Positions 25,494-38,542 of a DNA stretch of 64,000 nucleotides are shown here, piece after piece; within the stretch, counting starts at the first letter, position 1, and each line of letters starts with the position of its first letter. This stretch comes from Azolla caroliniana (taxonomy: Eukaryota; Plantae; Polypodiophyta). The notes beneath the pieces are model-generated. The model was given only the letters and a program-made list of their open reading frames with translations. It ran no database searches and was not told the DNA's origin. The stretch lies in assembly GCA_043228905.1 (NCBI GenBank), contig JBHGNT010000001.1, positions 5,146,001-5,210,000 on the forward strand. Reading direction: 5' to 3'. The translations under genes were made by a program, and so were the position numbers.

Positions 25494-28064
25494 ATGAGAG
25501 ATGATCTGGTTCGGTGTAGGGTTTTTTTAACCCTAGTTCTACACCTTTTCTCATGGTCCCCATGGCCAACAATGTCTATTTTCACTGACTACATTGAGAT
25601 TGATTCCTCTGCTAAGTATTACGTTGGTGGATTTTTCCTCCATTCGTTGGATTCCATGAACTCCACATTTTCAGCCTCATTTAGTAGCCTCTCTTCAGGT
25701 CAAGTGTATTTGTCAGTCTCACACACTTCGATTCAGACCCCGACAGCTGTGGTGGTGTGGACGGCCAACCGAGACAGTCCGGCCTCGCCATCGGACCCCC
25801 TCATATTCACACCTGATGGCATCCACATAGGTACCACCCCTAATGTTGTTTGGTCCACATTGAACTCCACTGTTGGAAAGGGTGCTAAGAGAGTTCAAAT
25901 GAAGAACAATGGAAATCTTGTGCTTTTGGATGCATTGAACAATACATTGTGGCAAAGTTTTGACTACCCCACTGATACAATCTTGACTGGACAAGCCCTG
26001 AAAAACAATACCAGGCTTGTAAGCCGTGTGTCTGATGAGGACATTTCGTTGGGCTTGTATGAATTATCCATCCAATCCACCGGAGACCTTATGCTAACTT
26101 TCTATATGGGTTCAAGTTCGGGTTCTTTGGCCTTTTCATACTGGAGCATGGCCAAAGATTCACGTCTTGTAGTAGGATCAGGGATAGGTCCTGCAGACCG
26201 TGCTGTGCTCGATTCCACTGGAATCAGCCTTATCATCAGCAATGCTCCCTCCTCTTCGGCAGTTAAGTCATCATTTTTCTGGCATGGCACTGCCTTGTTA
26301 AACAGAGCAACTCTGGAGGCAGATGGGAATGTACGGGTCTATGCCTTTTATTCTGGACAATGGAACAACATATTCACATTCATAAATGATGTTTGCCATC
26401 TTCCCCTCTATTGCGGACATTTTGGTCTTTGCAATGGTGGTCACTGCAGTTGCCCCGGGTCTCTCCTACCCCTCAACTCTACCAATATCACTTATGGTTG
26501 CCAAAGACCTCCCCCGGGTCCATGCACAAACAATTCTTCGTCTTCTTCTTCTTCTTCATCCACACTCAACTCGTCCGATTCCTCTTACTTCGAAATGGTC
26601 GGTAGTGGGGTTGATTACTTTGCCAATGAGTATGTCTCACATTTTAAGACATCAGGCCTTGACTCCTGTAAAGAGCTCTGTGCTCGGAATTGCTCCACAT
26701 GCAACGCGTTGTTCTTCTATGGCGAATCAAGATATTGTTACCTTTTCTCGGAGCTCGCTACAATTCAGAGCTCTAATGTTGTCAACCATTCTCTATATCT
26801 TAGAACTGTGGCTTCCCCTGTCCAGACGATGCCACCTCTGTTGACAGATCCTAAATTGCCTAGGCATGAGTTGCCCAAATTTATTATACCGACAACAATT
26901 ATTGGAGCATGTGTGTTGATTGCTATTGTTATGCTTGTCATGTACCAGAAAAAGGCTCTACATTGCTTTACACAAAAGTCCCAGGAAGATGAGGACTTTA
27001 TGGGGATTCCTGGGATGCCCACCCGGTTCACCTTCAAAGTCCTCCAGAATGCTACAGATAATTTTAGTCGGAAGCTCGGTGCAGGTGCTTTTGGGTCTGT
27101 ATATGAGGGGGTTCTGCCAGACAAAACGAGAGTAGCAGTGAAACAACTGGAGTTTGCTCAACAGGGCTGGGTGCAGTTCAGAGCAGAAGTTGCCACTATT
27201 GGGAGTGTCAGCCATGTTAATCTAGTTCATCTCCATGGATTTTGCATCGAGGGTGGACATCGGCTCCTCGTTTATGAGTTCATGGCCAATGGCTCTTTGG
27301 ATAGGCACTTGTTCCGAAAGGCGGCAGGTGAGAATGATCGGGTCCTTGACTGGAACACACGGTACAAAATAGCATTAGGTACAGCTCGGGGCCTTGCCTA
27401 TCTGCATGATGACTGTCGTGAGAGAATCATACATTGTGATATAAAGCCTGAGAATATACTCCTGGATGAGAGTTTTAATGCAAAAGTGTCAGATTTTGGC
27501 TTGGCCAAGCTCGTGAAAAAAGAAGAGGAGCTAGTGCTCACAAGCTTGAGAGGGACACGGGGCTACCTCGCACCAGAGTGGCTTCTGCAGTCCCCTATAT
27601 CAGAGAAAAGTGATGTGTATAGTTTTGGCATGGTTTTACTCGAGATCGTGGGTGGGCGCAAAAACTACATCCCGGCAGATGAATCAACATCAGATGCAAA
27701 GTCGTCCTACTTTCCAGCCTATGCCTTCGAACAATGTGAACATGGACACGTTGAGCAACTTGTGGATGAGAGGCTCATAAGGGAGGCCATTACAAACACA
27801 GAACTTGAACGGGTTGTGCGGATCGCCTTGTGGTGCATTCAAGCCGATGTGTCAATAAGGCCATCCATGGGAAATGTGGTGAAGATGCTAGAAGGAAGCA
27901 TGGATGTGCCTATGCCTCCTCTTTCACCACTACGTGCTCCCACTCCATCTTATCATGGGGCTGAGGAGGTTAGTGCACATTCTAGCCACGATGCATTCAA
28001 TGTAGATTGTAATAATAGCCAGCCCTTGCTCTCTGGCGTCCATGAGCTTTCCATTGCAACATAA
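25494..28064 (+). CDS. G-type lectin S-domain receptor-like kinase (SD2 class), intronless
   Basis: 856-aa ORF with B-lectin (VWTANRD, WQSFDYPTDTIL), EGF-like Cys cluster, PAN (CKELCARNCSTC), a TM helix and a non-RD kinase domain (HCDIKPENILL, DFGLA, GTRGYLAPEW). Confidence 0.95.
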   Translation: MRDDLVRCRVFLTLVLHLFSWSPWPTMSIFTDYIEIDSSAKYYVGGFFLHSLDSMNSTFSASFSSLSSGQVYLSVSHTSIQTPTAVVVWTANRDSPASPSDPLIFTPDGIHIGTTPNVVWSTLNSTVGKGAKRVQMKNNGNLVLLDALNNTLWQSFDYPTDTILTGQALKNNTRLVSRVSDEDISLGLYELSIQSTGDLMLTFYMGSSSGSLAFSYWSMAKDSRLVVGSGIGPADRAVLDSTGISLIISNAPSSSAVKSSFFWHGTALLNRATLEADGNVRVYAFYSGQWNNIFTFINDVCHLPLYCGHFGLCNGGHCSCPGSLLPLNSTNITYGCQRPPPGPCTNNSSSSSSSSSTLNSSDSSYFEMVGSGVDYFANEYVSHFKTSGLDSCKELCARNCSTCNALFFYGESRYCYLFSELATIQSSNVVNHSLYLRTVASPVQTMPPLLTDPKLPRHELPKFIIPTTIIGACVLIAIVMLVMYQKKALHCFTQKSQEDEDFMGIPGMPTRFTFKVLQNATDNFSRKLGAGAFGSVYEGVLPDKTRVAVKQLEFAQQGWVQFRAEVATIGSVSHVNLVHLHGFCIEGGHRLLVYEFMANGSLDRHLFRKAAGENDRVLDWNTRYKIALGTARGLAYLHDDCRERIIHCDIKPENILLDESFNAKVSDFGLAKLVKKEEELVLTSLRGTRGYLAPEWLLQSPISEKSDVYSFGMVLLEIVGGRKNYIPADESTSDAKSSYFPAYAFEQCEHGHVEQLVDERLIREAITNTELERVVRIALWCIQADVSIRPSMGNVVKMLEGSMDVPMPPLSPLRAPTPSYHGAEEVSAHSSHDAFNVDCNNSQPLLSGVHELSIAT

Positions 28065-28790
28065 ATAGAGTTTGTTGTACCCATTTAGGAACCAGCATTA
28101 CTTTATTGCAGATACCTTTAAGATCTTTACCCTTGCTGTGTATGATGTGGTCGCAATGAGCTTTTGCATCTATGTAAAATAGTATAGACTTTTGAAAGTT
28201 TTCTTCAGGAGTATATCCCTTGCCGATGTATCTGGGATTGGAACCCGTGTTGTGGATATTGTCTTAGTGAGCTTTCCATCACAACATATTGTCAATTTGA
28301 TGTCGAAATTTGAATATGTTGAGCTTTTTCGTGGATATTGAACTCTAGAAGTTCATCTCAGGATCGTGATCCTTGATATATGGTGTTGATAAGAACAAAC
28401 CCTAGAGTCATGGTCTCAATGAGCTTCTCCAAGCAACATAATATGAGCTTAACCCTTGCTATGTTCTCCATGATCTTTCGACTGTGGCATAGTAATACAA
28501 CTGATGGCTGGTTTGAAACATGACAACAGTGGTTGGTTGAGGTGTCGATGTTTGAAGGATGGGTAACCCTTCTCACTGAGCTTTCCATTGCAACAGAATA
28601 TGAATTTAGTGAAGATATCTTTGTGGATGTTCTCCATCATCTTGACGAGCTTTTGTTATATGAGGTTATTTGCATTGCAACATGGAATTTATTGGGTTTG
28701 TGTTTGTGAGATCCTTTGCTTTGCAACATAAAATGAGCTAATCCTTATCATATGGTCTCCATGAGCTATCCATTTCAACATAAGCCATGC
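28024..28790 (+). repeat. Degenerate minisatellite (core TGAGCTTTCCATTGCAACATA) spanning the RLK stop codon and 3' region
   Basis: Core copies at about 28043, 28268, 28420, 28577, 28661, 28706 and 28762, plus partial copies at 28157, 28320 and 28444. Confidence 0.65.
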
Positions 28791-31700
28791 TTGGTGTTTA
28801 CCCTGGAAATATGTTGTCCTTTTTATGTGTTAGTCAATGAGATTCAAGTATGTCTCCTTCACTATTCAAATATGTCAATGGGATTCAACTATGTGCCAAC
28901 CTTGATGTATGTGTTTGTCAATAAGTTACCTAGACTATAAGAACATAAAATCAATGAGCTTGCATGATGCTAAAGATCTTGGCATGAACTTATGCACACA
29001 TGAACTACAATGTCTACTTTAATAAACTAAAGGTCCATATTCATGATTGAACGTAGTTGTTATATCATTGGTAGGATTTTACTAATAATTGGTTTGTCAC
29101 AAGATGTTGCCTAATGAAAAGAGAATTTAATGTCTTTACAAGCTTTACGTTTTTTTGCAACATGTAGGTAGTGATGCGAAAGGTACTTAAGATGATTGCG
29201 CTTTTCTTTGTATTATGCAATCTCAATTAGCTTTTTTTGGATTATTGTGTCCATTGTGTGTGTCCAAGTTTTAGTAAAACTCATGTCGGCTCATGAATAT
29301 ATATGATCATTTGTGTTCTTATTGTACTAAAATCGAGGACAAATGTATACTAAAATAATAATAATAATACAAAAAATGTGATCCTTAGAATCTCAATTCT
29401 CTTTTCGTCAAATATGTGGTGTATTGGTAAAACATGTGAACACGTCTTTTCTTGTTGTTGGGTTATAAGCTAATGATTTTCTTGATACCAAATATTTTAT
29501 CCAAAAGACTTGATCAATTAAAATAATGATTGTACTCATTATATTGATTATGTGTAAATGGTAATTATTTGAAAAATGCAAACACAAAAGTGATGTATTT
29601 CATGTAAAGTTGGTCTTCAGTTAATCTATTGTTAATGCATCGGATTACAAAGTTTTGGAACATTTCATGCCTAAATGTACACACAAAGAGCGAAAGAAAG
29701 AAATATATATTAACGTCTTCTAAGACCAAAATTGGCCCTCTTAAAGAGAGAAAGATCATCATGCCTAGATGGATGTAGCTCATTTGGTAAGGTTGAGAGG
29801 AGACCATAAGTTATTATGGTATAATTAATAGAGAGGTGTGAAAGTTGAACCCTACATTCCACAATGGTTTATAGTAAATTAAGAAAAATATATATGATAT
29901 AATTAATAGAAAGGTGTGAAAGTTGAACCTTGAACACAACATGGAATCATTTTTGGAATGGAGAATTCATATTTATGATATCAATAGAAATATCTAAAAC
30001 ATTACATACCTACTTACTGTATAATTGTTAAAACTTAAAAGTTTATGCATGTTTAAGATAGATACATGCATACATCCCACAGAACCCCATTAGAACATGT
30101 CTAAACACATTGTTTGTTAGTTTGTGTAGGTCACATGGAAAAAACATCTACGCTTTCTTTTATGTAAATTGAAAAATCCATGGTTTTGGGAAAGTCACAT
30201 AAGGAAGAAGATAATCACTTTGAAATGATCAAGGACTCGAAAATAATTTTGTACAATTATGATTTGACTATTAAGTCACAGCCTGATGTGATTAATAAGA
30301 ATACTAGGGATTTGTTGACCACTTCTGTGTTATAAGGAAAATGAAGTCTTTTTTATTTCTAAGACAATGTAGCTCACGTGGAGTTGCCATTGGAATTGTA
30401 TTTGAATAGAATTCATGATCAGACATATAAATGCTTGTTTCTTTAATATTAGGATAAACTTTGAGAGTGAACTCACAATGACAATGAAGGACCTAAAGGA
30501 AAACATAAGGATAAATTTTGAGAGTCGACTCACAACTAATATGTAATAAACAAATGTAAAAGCAAACTATGACAATGGCAAGCTACGTAAGGTCCTAGTT
30601 GGTAGAATATTGCCATCTACTGAACATTATAAGCCTGAATTTCAATATATTTTTCTTCCATTGGTTATTGGGGACTTTGCCTAGAAAATCAATGAGCATC
30701 CATGTTGTTTTTCTTATTTCTTCATTTTCAAGTAGAGTTGATGTTTCATCTATTGAGGTTTGATTTGACTATGACCCCAAGCCTACTTCATAAAGTTAAA
30801 GCAAGGTATGAGCCATTCAATCCCTTTGTACAAGTATGGTGGAAGAATAATGAGGTAGCATAATGAAATACAATTATTTGTAGTGATGAAGTTTTCAAAG
30901 ATAAGTATGAGTTGAACAACACAAACTTGGATAGAATATGAGAACATAGAGCTATGTGGAATTTAAAATGGCATCGAAGTGGTCAAGTATGAAATGCTAA
31001 TTTTTCATATTAAAAGCTAAAAGCCTTACATGCTCATGAAAAGCCATATATTTGGTGCATATTCTTTTCCATATACAACCATTCTTGTAATCTTTTGGGT
31101 TGTATGTAATAAGTTCATGAATTAGAATTTTCATGATCTACTTAAGAGTTCCTCATTGTTGATCAAAATAGAAGTAGACCCATAGTTGTAGAATACTTGG
31201 GATACAATACATATGCTATGTATTCTAAAAGTATTTGAAAGATAAATTCTATAGAGTAAATTAAATACTTCGTATATTTGTAATGCATCTAACAATTCTT
31301 TTTTGGCCAAATTTAAATTAAATAATTTTCTTTTGGAGATATTAAATGCATAAAATACCTAGAATTCCTAATACATTTTTAAATGCCAGTTCTAAAATGT
31401 ACAATGTGTTGAATACTACTTTAGAGTATTCTAAAATGTAATCCATAAATAAAATACACGTTTTTTAACAATTACCGTAGAACTATCTCAACAATGATGA
31501 TCTCTTCTTGTACAACATTGTTTTGAAATTACATTGGGGATTATCAAACCATATCCACTTCAATTCACGTACCCAAATCATCAATAAATGATGGCAAATT
31601 TCTTTACATAATGTCAGCAATGTCCTTGTGTTTTACTCGTATTAAATTTAATGTTATAAAGGTTACTCATCCAAAGTAACTATTCATAGATAAGATCAAC

Positions 31701-32642
31701 CATTGCATCGGAAGTTAAACAAGATAAATCTTTTAGTATTTTTCATTAGCTGTAATGCGGTTATCATATCTAAACATTCCAAGGTTTGAGGCTCTTTCAA
31801 ATTGCAGATAAATTAGTTACAATTATAGCTTTGGACATGGTATTATGTATGCATGTCGGAATAAACATAGATTTAATATAAAATGGTGTCACTGTTGCCT
31901 TCTATTTGGGATTTCCCTTTTTTATATATAAATATGCATTACCTCAATATTAGAGGCAATGATTAGAACTAATTTATAAGCATTAATTTGTATAGAGGCA
32001 ATGCTTTTCCATTGTCCTTAAAGCACATAAGCTTAACACATTATTGGTGATAAAACATTTTAACAGTTTAAATAAGGATTATACACTTTGTGCTCTTTCT
32101 AGAATCATTGGATAGAGATTTCAGTATAATCTTCACTTTCCTTCAAACCTTCTCCTTTGTCATGACATGTTTCTTTCATTCCACTCCAAAATCTTGCACA
32201 TTGCTTACTTCACCTATTTCATGCTTGGTGGGGTATAGTAATCAGAACTAAATATATTTCTCACGATTAGTACGTCCATAGATTAAGTGCTAGATATTCA
32301 TAACTTAGAAATCCCACATCGGGAACCACCTTATAGATTAATTTCTCACAGCTCTGATCATTAACTTGCATAGCCGTGACTCTTCACAGAGAGGCTCAGA
32401 ACAATATCCACTTCGGTCTTACATGTGGTAAGCCCTATAGTAAAGTTTCTCTTCTTTCTTTGACGCATCATTTCTAAATTAGAGTAACTGAGATAATTGG
32501 CGAAAGTGTGAGCAGAGTGAAATAAACCTTCTTAAAGTGAAATCTTTTTCATACAAAGGGCAATAATTCCCGTGTTTTAGGCATTTGTTTGGAATCATTT
32601 ATTTTCTCTCAAAAATGTTGTTTAAAATCATTTGCATTTATA

Positions 32643-34508
32643 TCATCTTACCAAATTTCTTCTTTTGAAATATTGACTTTCAACCATCTTTACAAGGTGA
32701 GGATCGATATCAAATCCCAATTTCTTCATCTTCCCAAGAAGCATGTTAGCCTCTCCATCTCTCCCGGCCTTTATGAACCCAAAGATAAGAATGTTATAAA
32801 TCACAGAATCAGGTGTAATCGAAAGGTGTGGCATTTCTTTGAAAAGCCCATATGCATCATATATTCTACCTACCTTGCACATACATGATATTAAGCACGT
32901 AAAAGTCACTACATTTGGATTAAAACCTTGAGTTTTCATGATTTTAACTAGGTTCTCTGCCTCTCCGAGATACCCTGCTTTACAAAAACAAGATACAAAA
33001 ATATTGTACAACTCTGTATTCACATGAATCCCGGCCACAACAAGCTCTTGGAAAATATTATATGCCTTAGCTAATTGATTGCTCTTACAATATCCATCAA
33101 TCAAGCTATGATAGGTTGCACACTGTGGCTCAAGACCCCGGTCAAGCATGGCTCGGAAGACCTTTTCGGCCATTTCTACCTTCATTGTCTTACATAGACC
33201 ATGAATGAGAACACTATATGTTAATGCATCAGGCTGACAATTCGCCTTAATCATGTTCATGAAGACCTTGCTGCCACTTTCCATGTTTCCCATCTTTAAC
33301 AAGCTTTGAATTAGAAGAGTATACAATACGGTGTCCACTTGAAATCCTTTGCTTTGCATTTCATCGAAATAACGCTCTGCAACATCAGCTTTTCCTGAAT
33401 TACAAAGCCCGTGGATCAATACAGTATATGTATATGTATCACGTGAACAACCACTTCTGACCATTTGTTTAAACAACCCGATTGCATCGTCGATCTTAGA
33501 ATCCCTACATAACCCATCTATCAACACGTTAAATGTCCGCCTATCAGGGAGTATCTTATTCTGTTGCATTTCTTGAAAGAGTAACAGAGCATCATCCATC
33601 TTCTGGGCTCTTGTAAAACCATATATAACTGTATTGTACGAGATGACATCCGGCAATACATCTGTATGGTGCAGCATCATTTCCTTCATAAGATTAATTG
33701 CTTGATTCATCCATCCATACGAGCAAAGACCATGGATCAAGATGTTGTAGGTCTCTAATGGACCCCCTTTGAAGACTTCGCGAAAGATCCTCAGTGCTTC
33801 ACTCACCATTCCACCTTTACACAAACCGTCGATGAGCGAGTTCTTTGTGACTCTGTCAGGCTCACATCCTGAGGCAATCATATCCGAGTATACTTCATAA
33901 ACGCGGCCAATTTCACCTACCTTACCATACCCATACAACAATACACTGAATACATAGTTGTTTGGACACAACCCATCCTTCAACATGAGTTCATACACAT
34001 ACTCTGCATTCTCAACCATACAATCCTTCATCATTACATGCATGAGGCATGTATATACCATCACACTACATACATAACCATACCTATGCATAGCATCTAG
34101 AACCTCCATGGCTCTTCGAGCCATACCAACTTTTCCATAGCTTTTGATCAGGGTCGTGAAGGTGAAATCATCCATACATCCATTTACATGCATTTCATCC
34201 ATGATTTTCCAAGCTACATCAAACTTCCGTGAGGATCCGAGTATACCCAACAGAGCATTGTAAGAGAAAGTGTCATGTGTGTAGTCATGACGTTTACCCG
34301 ACCATCTGAAGAACCAGAGGGCCATCTCAGCATCCTTCACATGGTTCAGAACTTGTGAGACATCAGCGGGTTTCAATGGACCTGAAAGACTGTCCAAAGA
34401 ATGTTCAAGGGCCCTCTGATTCAGATTCTGATTCCGGATTCTTTGCAAGGCATTCAACACGGTGTCGAAGCTCAGCATCGAGAACATTCCTTTGGCTTTT
34501 TTCTTCAT
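32643..34508 (-). CDS. P-class pentatricopeptide repeat protein, intronless
   Basis: 621-aa ORF of tandem ~35-aa motifs (e.g. PDVISYNTVIYGFTRAQKMDDALLLFQEMQQNKIL) after an ALWFFRW N-terminal motif. No E or DYW domain. Confidence 0.95.
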   Translation of the reverse strand: MKKKAKGMFSMLSFDTVLNALQRIRNQNLNQRALEHSLDSLSGPLKPADVSQVLNHVKDAEMALWFFRWSGKRHDYTHDTFSYNALLGILGSSRKFDVAWKIMDEMHVNGCMDDFTFTTLIKSYGKVGMARRAMEVLDAMHRYGYVCSVMVYTCLMHVMMKDCMVENAEYVYELMLKDGLCPNNYVFSVLLYGYGKVGEIGRVYEVYSDMIASGCEPDRVTKNSLIDGLCKGGMVSEALRIFREVFKGGPLETYNILIHGLCSYGWMNQAINLMKEMMLHHTDVLPDVISYNTVIYGFTRAQKMDDALLLFQEMQQNKILPDRRTFNVLIDGLCRDSKIDDAIGLFKQMVRSGCSRDTYTYTVLIHGLCNSGKADVAERYFDEMQSKGFQVDTVLYTLLIQSLLKMGNMESGSKVFMNMIKANCQPDALTYSVLIHGLCKTMKVEMAEKVFRAMLDRGLEPQCATYHSLIDGYCKSNQLAKAYNIFQELVVAGIHVNTELYNIFVSCFCKAGYLGEAENLVKIMKTQGFNPNVVTFTCLISCMCKVGRIYDAYGLFKEMPHLSITPDSVIYNILIFGFIKAGRDGEANMLLGKMKKLGFDIDPHLVKMVESQYFKRRNLVR

Positions 34509-34659
34509 ACTGAAGTTGCTCTGTTTTGTGTCCGGCTAATATAACAGAAAGCAAAACCATAAACCTCCCTTCTCACATTACTCAAGAAGTACTCAAAAAA
34601 CATTATAAACTGAGAGAGAGAAAGAGAGATGTATTAAGGTCTTTTATGAGACCAAAATG

Positions 34660-34760
34660 GTATATACATATATACATATATACATACATACATACATACA
34701 TATATATATTATTATATATATTATTATATATATATATATAATATGTATGTATGTATACTA
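34660..34760. repeat. (TA)/(TACA) compound microsatellite between the divergent PPR and F-box genes
   Basis: Directly visible low-complexity tract. Confidence 0.85.
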
Positions 34761-34849
34761 GACCAAACAATTCGATTATATCTTAAAATGTTCTCAAAAT
34801 GAAGAACTATCTTATTGCCCAAGTGTAAGAGTGGCATAGTGATATTGAA

Positions 34850-35067
34850 GTTTGAATCTTCATTGGTGACTCCCTAGTGTTAAAACTTCACAAATGCAAC
34901 GTTGACACATTGTGCATTAGCACATTATAAGAGCAGCCTCCTATATGCTTGTTGAACCTAGGTAAAAGTATCATTGAAAGTGATGAGGTTATGATGCTAT
35001 GGCACTAAAGTATAATGCGGAGCAAGGGATGTTTGGAGGTTTGAATCTTCATCGGTGACCCCCTAGT
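34850..35067 (+). repeat. ~190-bp repeat unit upstream of the F-box gene; further copies at 37235-37520 (with a tandem ~95-bp sub-duplication) and 45210-45316
   Basis: Shared blocks TATGCTTGTTGAACCTAG...GAAAGTGATGAGGTTATGA...GGCACTAAAGTATAATGC and GTTTGAATCTTCAT...ACACATTGTGCATTAGCACATTATAA. Confidence 0.85.
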
Positions 35068-35350
35068 TATCTCGCCCTACAAACGTAACAATGAAACTCG
35101 ACAATGTGGTGTAAGCCTACACCTGCACCTATGTGTGTGTGTGAGTGCATGTTTTTGATAGAGAGAGGGTTTATTTGAATTGAAGGAAGGGCAGTGTTAT
35201 GGAGATAACGAGAAACTCAGGGGCATTAGGTGGAATTACAAAAAAACCATAGGGTAAGCAAAATTCCAAACACTGAACAGCACAAGAAGTAGAAGAAGAA
35301 GAAGAAGAAGAAGAAGAAGAAGAAAGTAGAGAGAGATACAGGAAAGAAAG

Positions 35351-36786
35351 ATGCGTGAGCTGCCTAGCCATGTCTTGGCGGACATATTCAGACGTCTGTC
35401 CCTAGAACAGAAGCTTTGTGTGGTTCCCTGTGTTTGCCATGCCTGGAAGAAGGTGTGTGAAGAAGACCCTGGGTGCTGGGAAGGGAAGGTCGATCTTCGT
35501 GACACTCTTTTCTCCTCCTCCACCTCCTCCATGGCAACAGACAAGGAGAAACTCCACAGATTGGCTCGCTTGCTCGTCACCAAAATGAACCATGGCCTCG
35601 TCTCACAGTTCACGGTCCCCTGTCTCTGGGCTGCCGACATGCTTCTTGACAATTCCACAAGGTAAGTTATGCATCACTTTTATATGTTCTCTTTTTTGCT
35701 GTGTTAGTAAAGACTGTTTGTTGCCTTCCTAATGGGATATGGAGATAAGGAAATGAACTGTGTTAGATTGACTCCCAACTAGAGGCTAAAGAAGTTACCT
35801 GTTGTACAATCTCTTGGAAAGACACAGAAGAAGTTTCTTATAGAAGGGTTTAGGGTGCAACATGATGCATGTGACCAAAATGACCTTTGGGACCGAACAA
35901 GATATTACACCTGAAGATGTTGTCTCTTGTGCCGTAAGAAAAAGCTTAATAAATATAAATAGGCTAGAAAAAACATCCAAAGATACCTTTGTTACTCCTC
36001 AAGAACTTTCGAAGCATATGATCTTGAGAGAATAGATAGAGAATATCTGTGATGTACGATAGGTCGGATAGTAACATATCAGCCCATGAATGTTCTGAAG
36101 TGATGTTGTATGACACCAGTAACTAGGAATTGTAGTGATGGACAAAATTAAAAATATGCTCTTCTTCAGTAAAACCCATTTACTTGTGCTTTTCTTGATG
36201 CAGTGGATCCAGTCTTCAGGTACTCCAAATCCCACAGAATACTTTGTCTGAGGATGTATTGTATCAGCTCGCAACTAAGTTTACTTCGCTTACTTCTCTG
36301 GATTTAAGTGGTGTGTCAAATTTATCGGGTGCTTGTGTTGAAGTGTTTGGGAAGAACTGTCCCCAAATAGCACACCTCAAAGTGAATATGAATCCACAAA
36401 TGGAATCTGGCTCGCCCAATGACGATATTGCATTTGCAGTCGGCAATACAATGTGCCAACTAGAACATCTCGAGATGGCATATGGAACAGTGTCAAATGC
36501 AGGTTTTAAATTCTTGATGGAAATGTGTGCCAAGCTTGAATTTTTGGATCTTCGTGGATGTTGGCATGTAGACGTGAGTGAAACTTATGCCAAAGAAGCA
36601 AGCCAAAGGTTGAAGGTGTTCCATGCACCAATCGTGATTGATGATATATATGATGATGAATCCTTTGCGTATCTTTCCGAATATGAGGACTATGCCAATG
36701 AACCTGAATCTTGTTCCGGTGACTATCGTAGTGAATCTGATTATTGTTGCAGTGACCATGACTCTGAATTAGACCAATATTATTAA
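35351..36786 (+). CDS. F-box protein with LRR-like C-terminus (FBW2/SKIP1-like), 2 exons
   Basis: Exon 35351-35661 (F-box ELPSHVLADIFRRLSLEQKLCVVPCVCHAW) and exon 36204-36786 (LDLSG, LEHLEMAY, LEFLDLRGCW, acidic tail) are joined in frame by a GT-AG intron. Confidence 0.88.
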
Positions 36787-38542
36787 TAGGGACATGTGAA
36801 GCTTAAAATAAGTGGAATTATGTAAATTTGGATGGGATGGACATGTGATGCTTTTTTATTCCCTTAATTAAAACTGAGTGCTTTAATCTGCCTTAACACC
36901 CTTGATAATCAGAATTTGGTTGTCTCCAATAAATCAATGATCTGACTAATTAGTCAACACCCATTAAGCAAATTATCAGCAATTAACCAATGCACTACTA
37001 ACGTGTTGATTATATGAACATTGTGCCACTGATCAACTGATTATTTGAATAGAAATCTATTAACTTATTGAGAATGTTTAAGCAGATTGTCGATTTATTT
37101 CAGTTGTCAATTGGTAAGGTTGTTTGTGGATATAATATAAGACTTTAGAAAGTCTTATGTGCCATTGAAGAACCGGAACTCATGGTAAATATCCTCTATA
37201 TGTCTCCTTTGTCAAGCTATCAATTAGGCATGCTATAAGAGTGGCCTCACTTATGCTTGTTGAACCTAGATAAAGTACCAGTGAAAGTGATGAGGTTATG
37301 ACCCTGTGGCACTAAAGTATAATGCTGAGTAATGGGTGTTTGCTTATGCTTGTTGAACCTAGATAAAGTACCAGTGAAAGTGATGAGGTTATGACCCTGT
37401 GGCACTAAAGTATAATGCTGAGTAATGAGCGTTTGGAGGGTTTGAATCTTCATCAGTGATCCCTAGTGTTAAAATTGTATATATGTAATGTGGACACATT
37501 GTGCATTAGCACATTATAATGTAATGTATGTTTTTGTAAAGAGATTGAAGCTTAAAGAGCTTCCTAGTCATTCTTATTGATGTTTGTCCAAAATAGAGTA
37601 TCGTGATGATTTTAAAGCGTGTCTTCTTTTCAACCTCAACGGATGGTAGACCATCGAACTTTTTCCAAGATCAAAATTTGTGTAGTTACTTTCTAGAGTC
37701 AATTTTAAGGCAAACCAATGATAGACTTGGTCTCTTGCCAGGTATTTATCATTTAAGTGTCATCAGTACAAAAGTGACTGAAAAATAAGTCACTGAGTAT
37801 AGAGAGAAAGGATTTATACATCTAAGGGATAAAGTTATTGTTACATCTCCAAACAAGTTCCATGGCAATTAGTAGTAAATGGATAATCAATCTTTGGGGA
37901 AGGAATCAATGTCATTTGACCATTTCATAATCATGCTAGAGTTAGCATCCAATCTCTGAAATAAGACTTGCCAGATTTGATCATTAAACTTCCTATCCAA
38001 AATGGATAGTGATTGATGTAGGTTCTCTGTGAGAACCCCATAAGGCCTCAACAAGACTTTGGTTTCCAAGGAATAAACTAGCTTAATGCTCATATAGTAT
38101 GAATCACAACATTTGTCAAACTGCATGAAGTTTGGTCTTAAATTGTTGTGTGATGAGGTTAGGTTCAAACTCCAGCACTGTGATTGAACTAGAACAATGG
38201 ATGTTAATATTCTTTGACCTAGAGTATATGTTAGTATTCTTGTCTTTCAAAGGTGGAATCTCTCCTTGATATTAACATTAAAACTAACAATCTCTTTTAT
38301 GTGACACTGCTCATAATCAAACTCTCAAATAATTCCTGTAACTTCAAAGTAGTAGATCAAATATATTGCATTGCCTTGATAAGAACAGTATGCCAAGGTA
38401 ATAACAAAGAATAGGTAAGGGTGGTGACAAAGCTGTTATCAGAGATACTCTGATAAGTACATGTCATCCAGAATCCCACCATATGTCAATGCACTTAGGG
38501 CCATGGCTCGATTAGACTTCACATTGATACATGAAGATGGCT

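Noticed and set aside
28024-28790. CRISPR-like repeat-spacer array
   Set aside because: Eukaryotic context, degenerate repeats, irregular spacing, related inter-repeat sequences and no cas genes.
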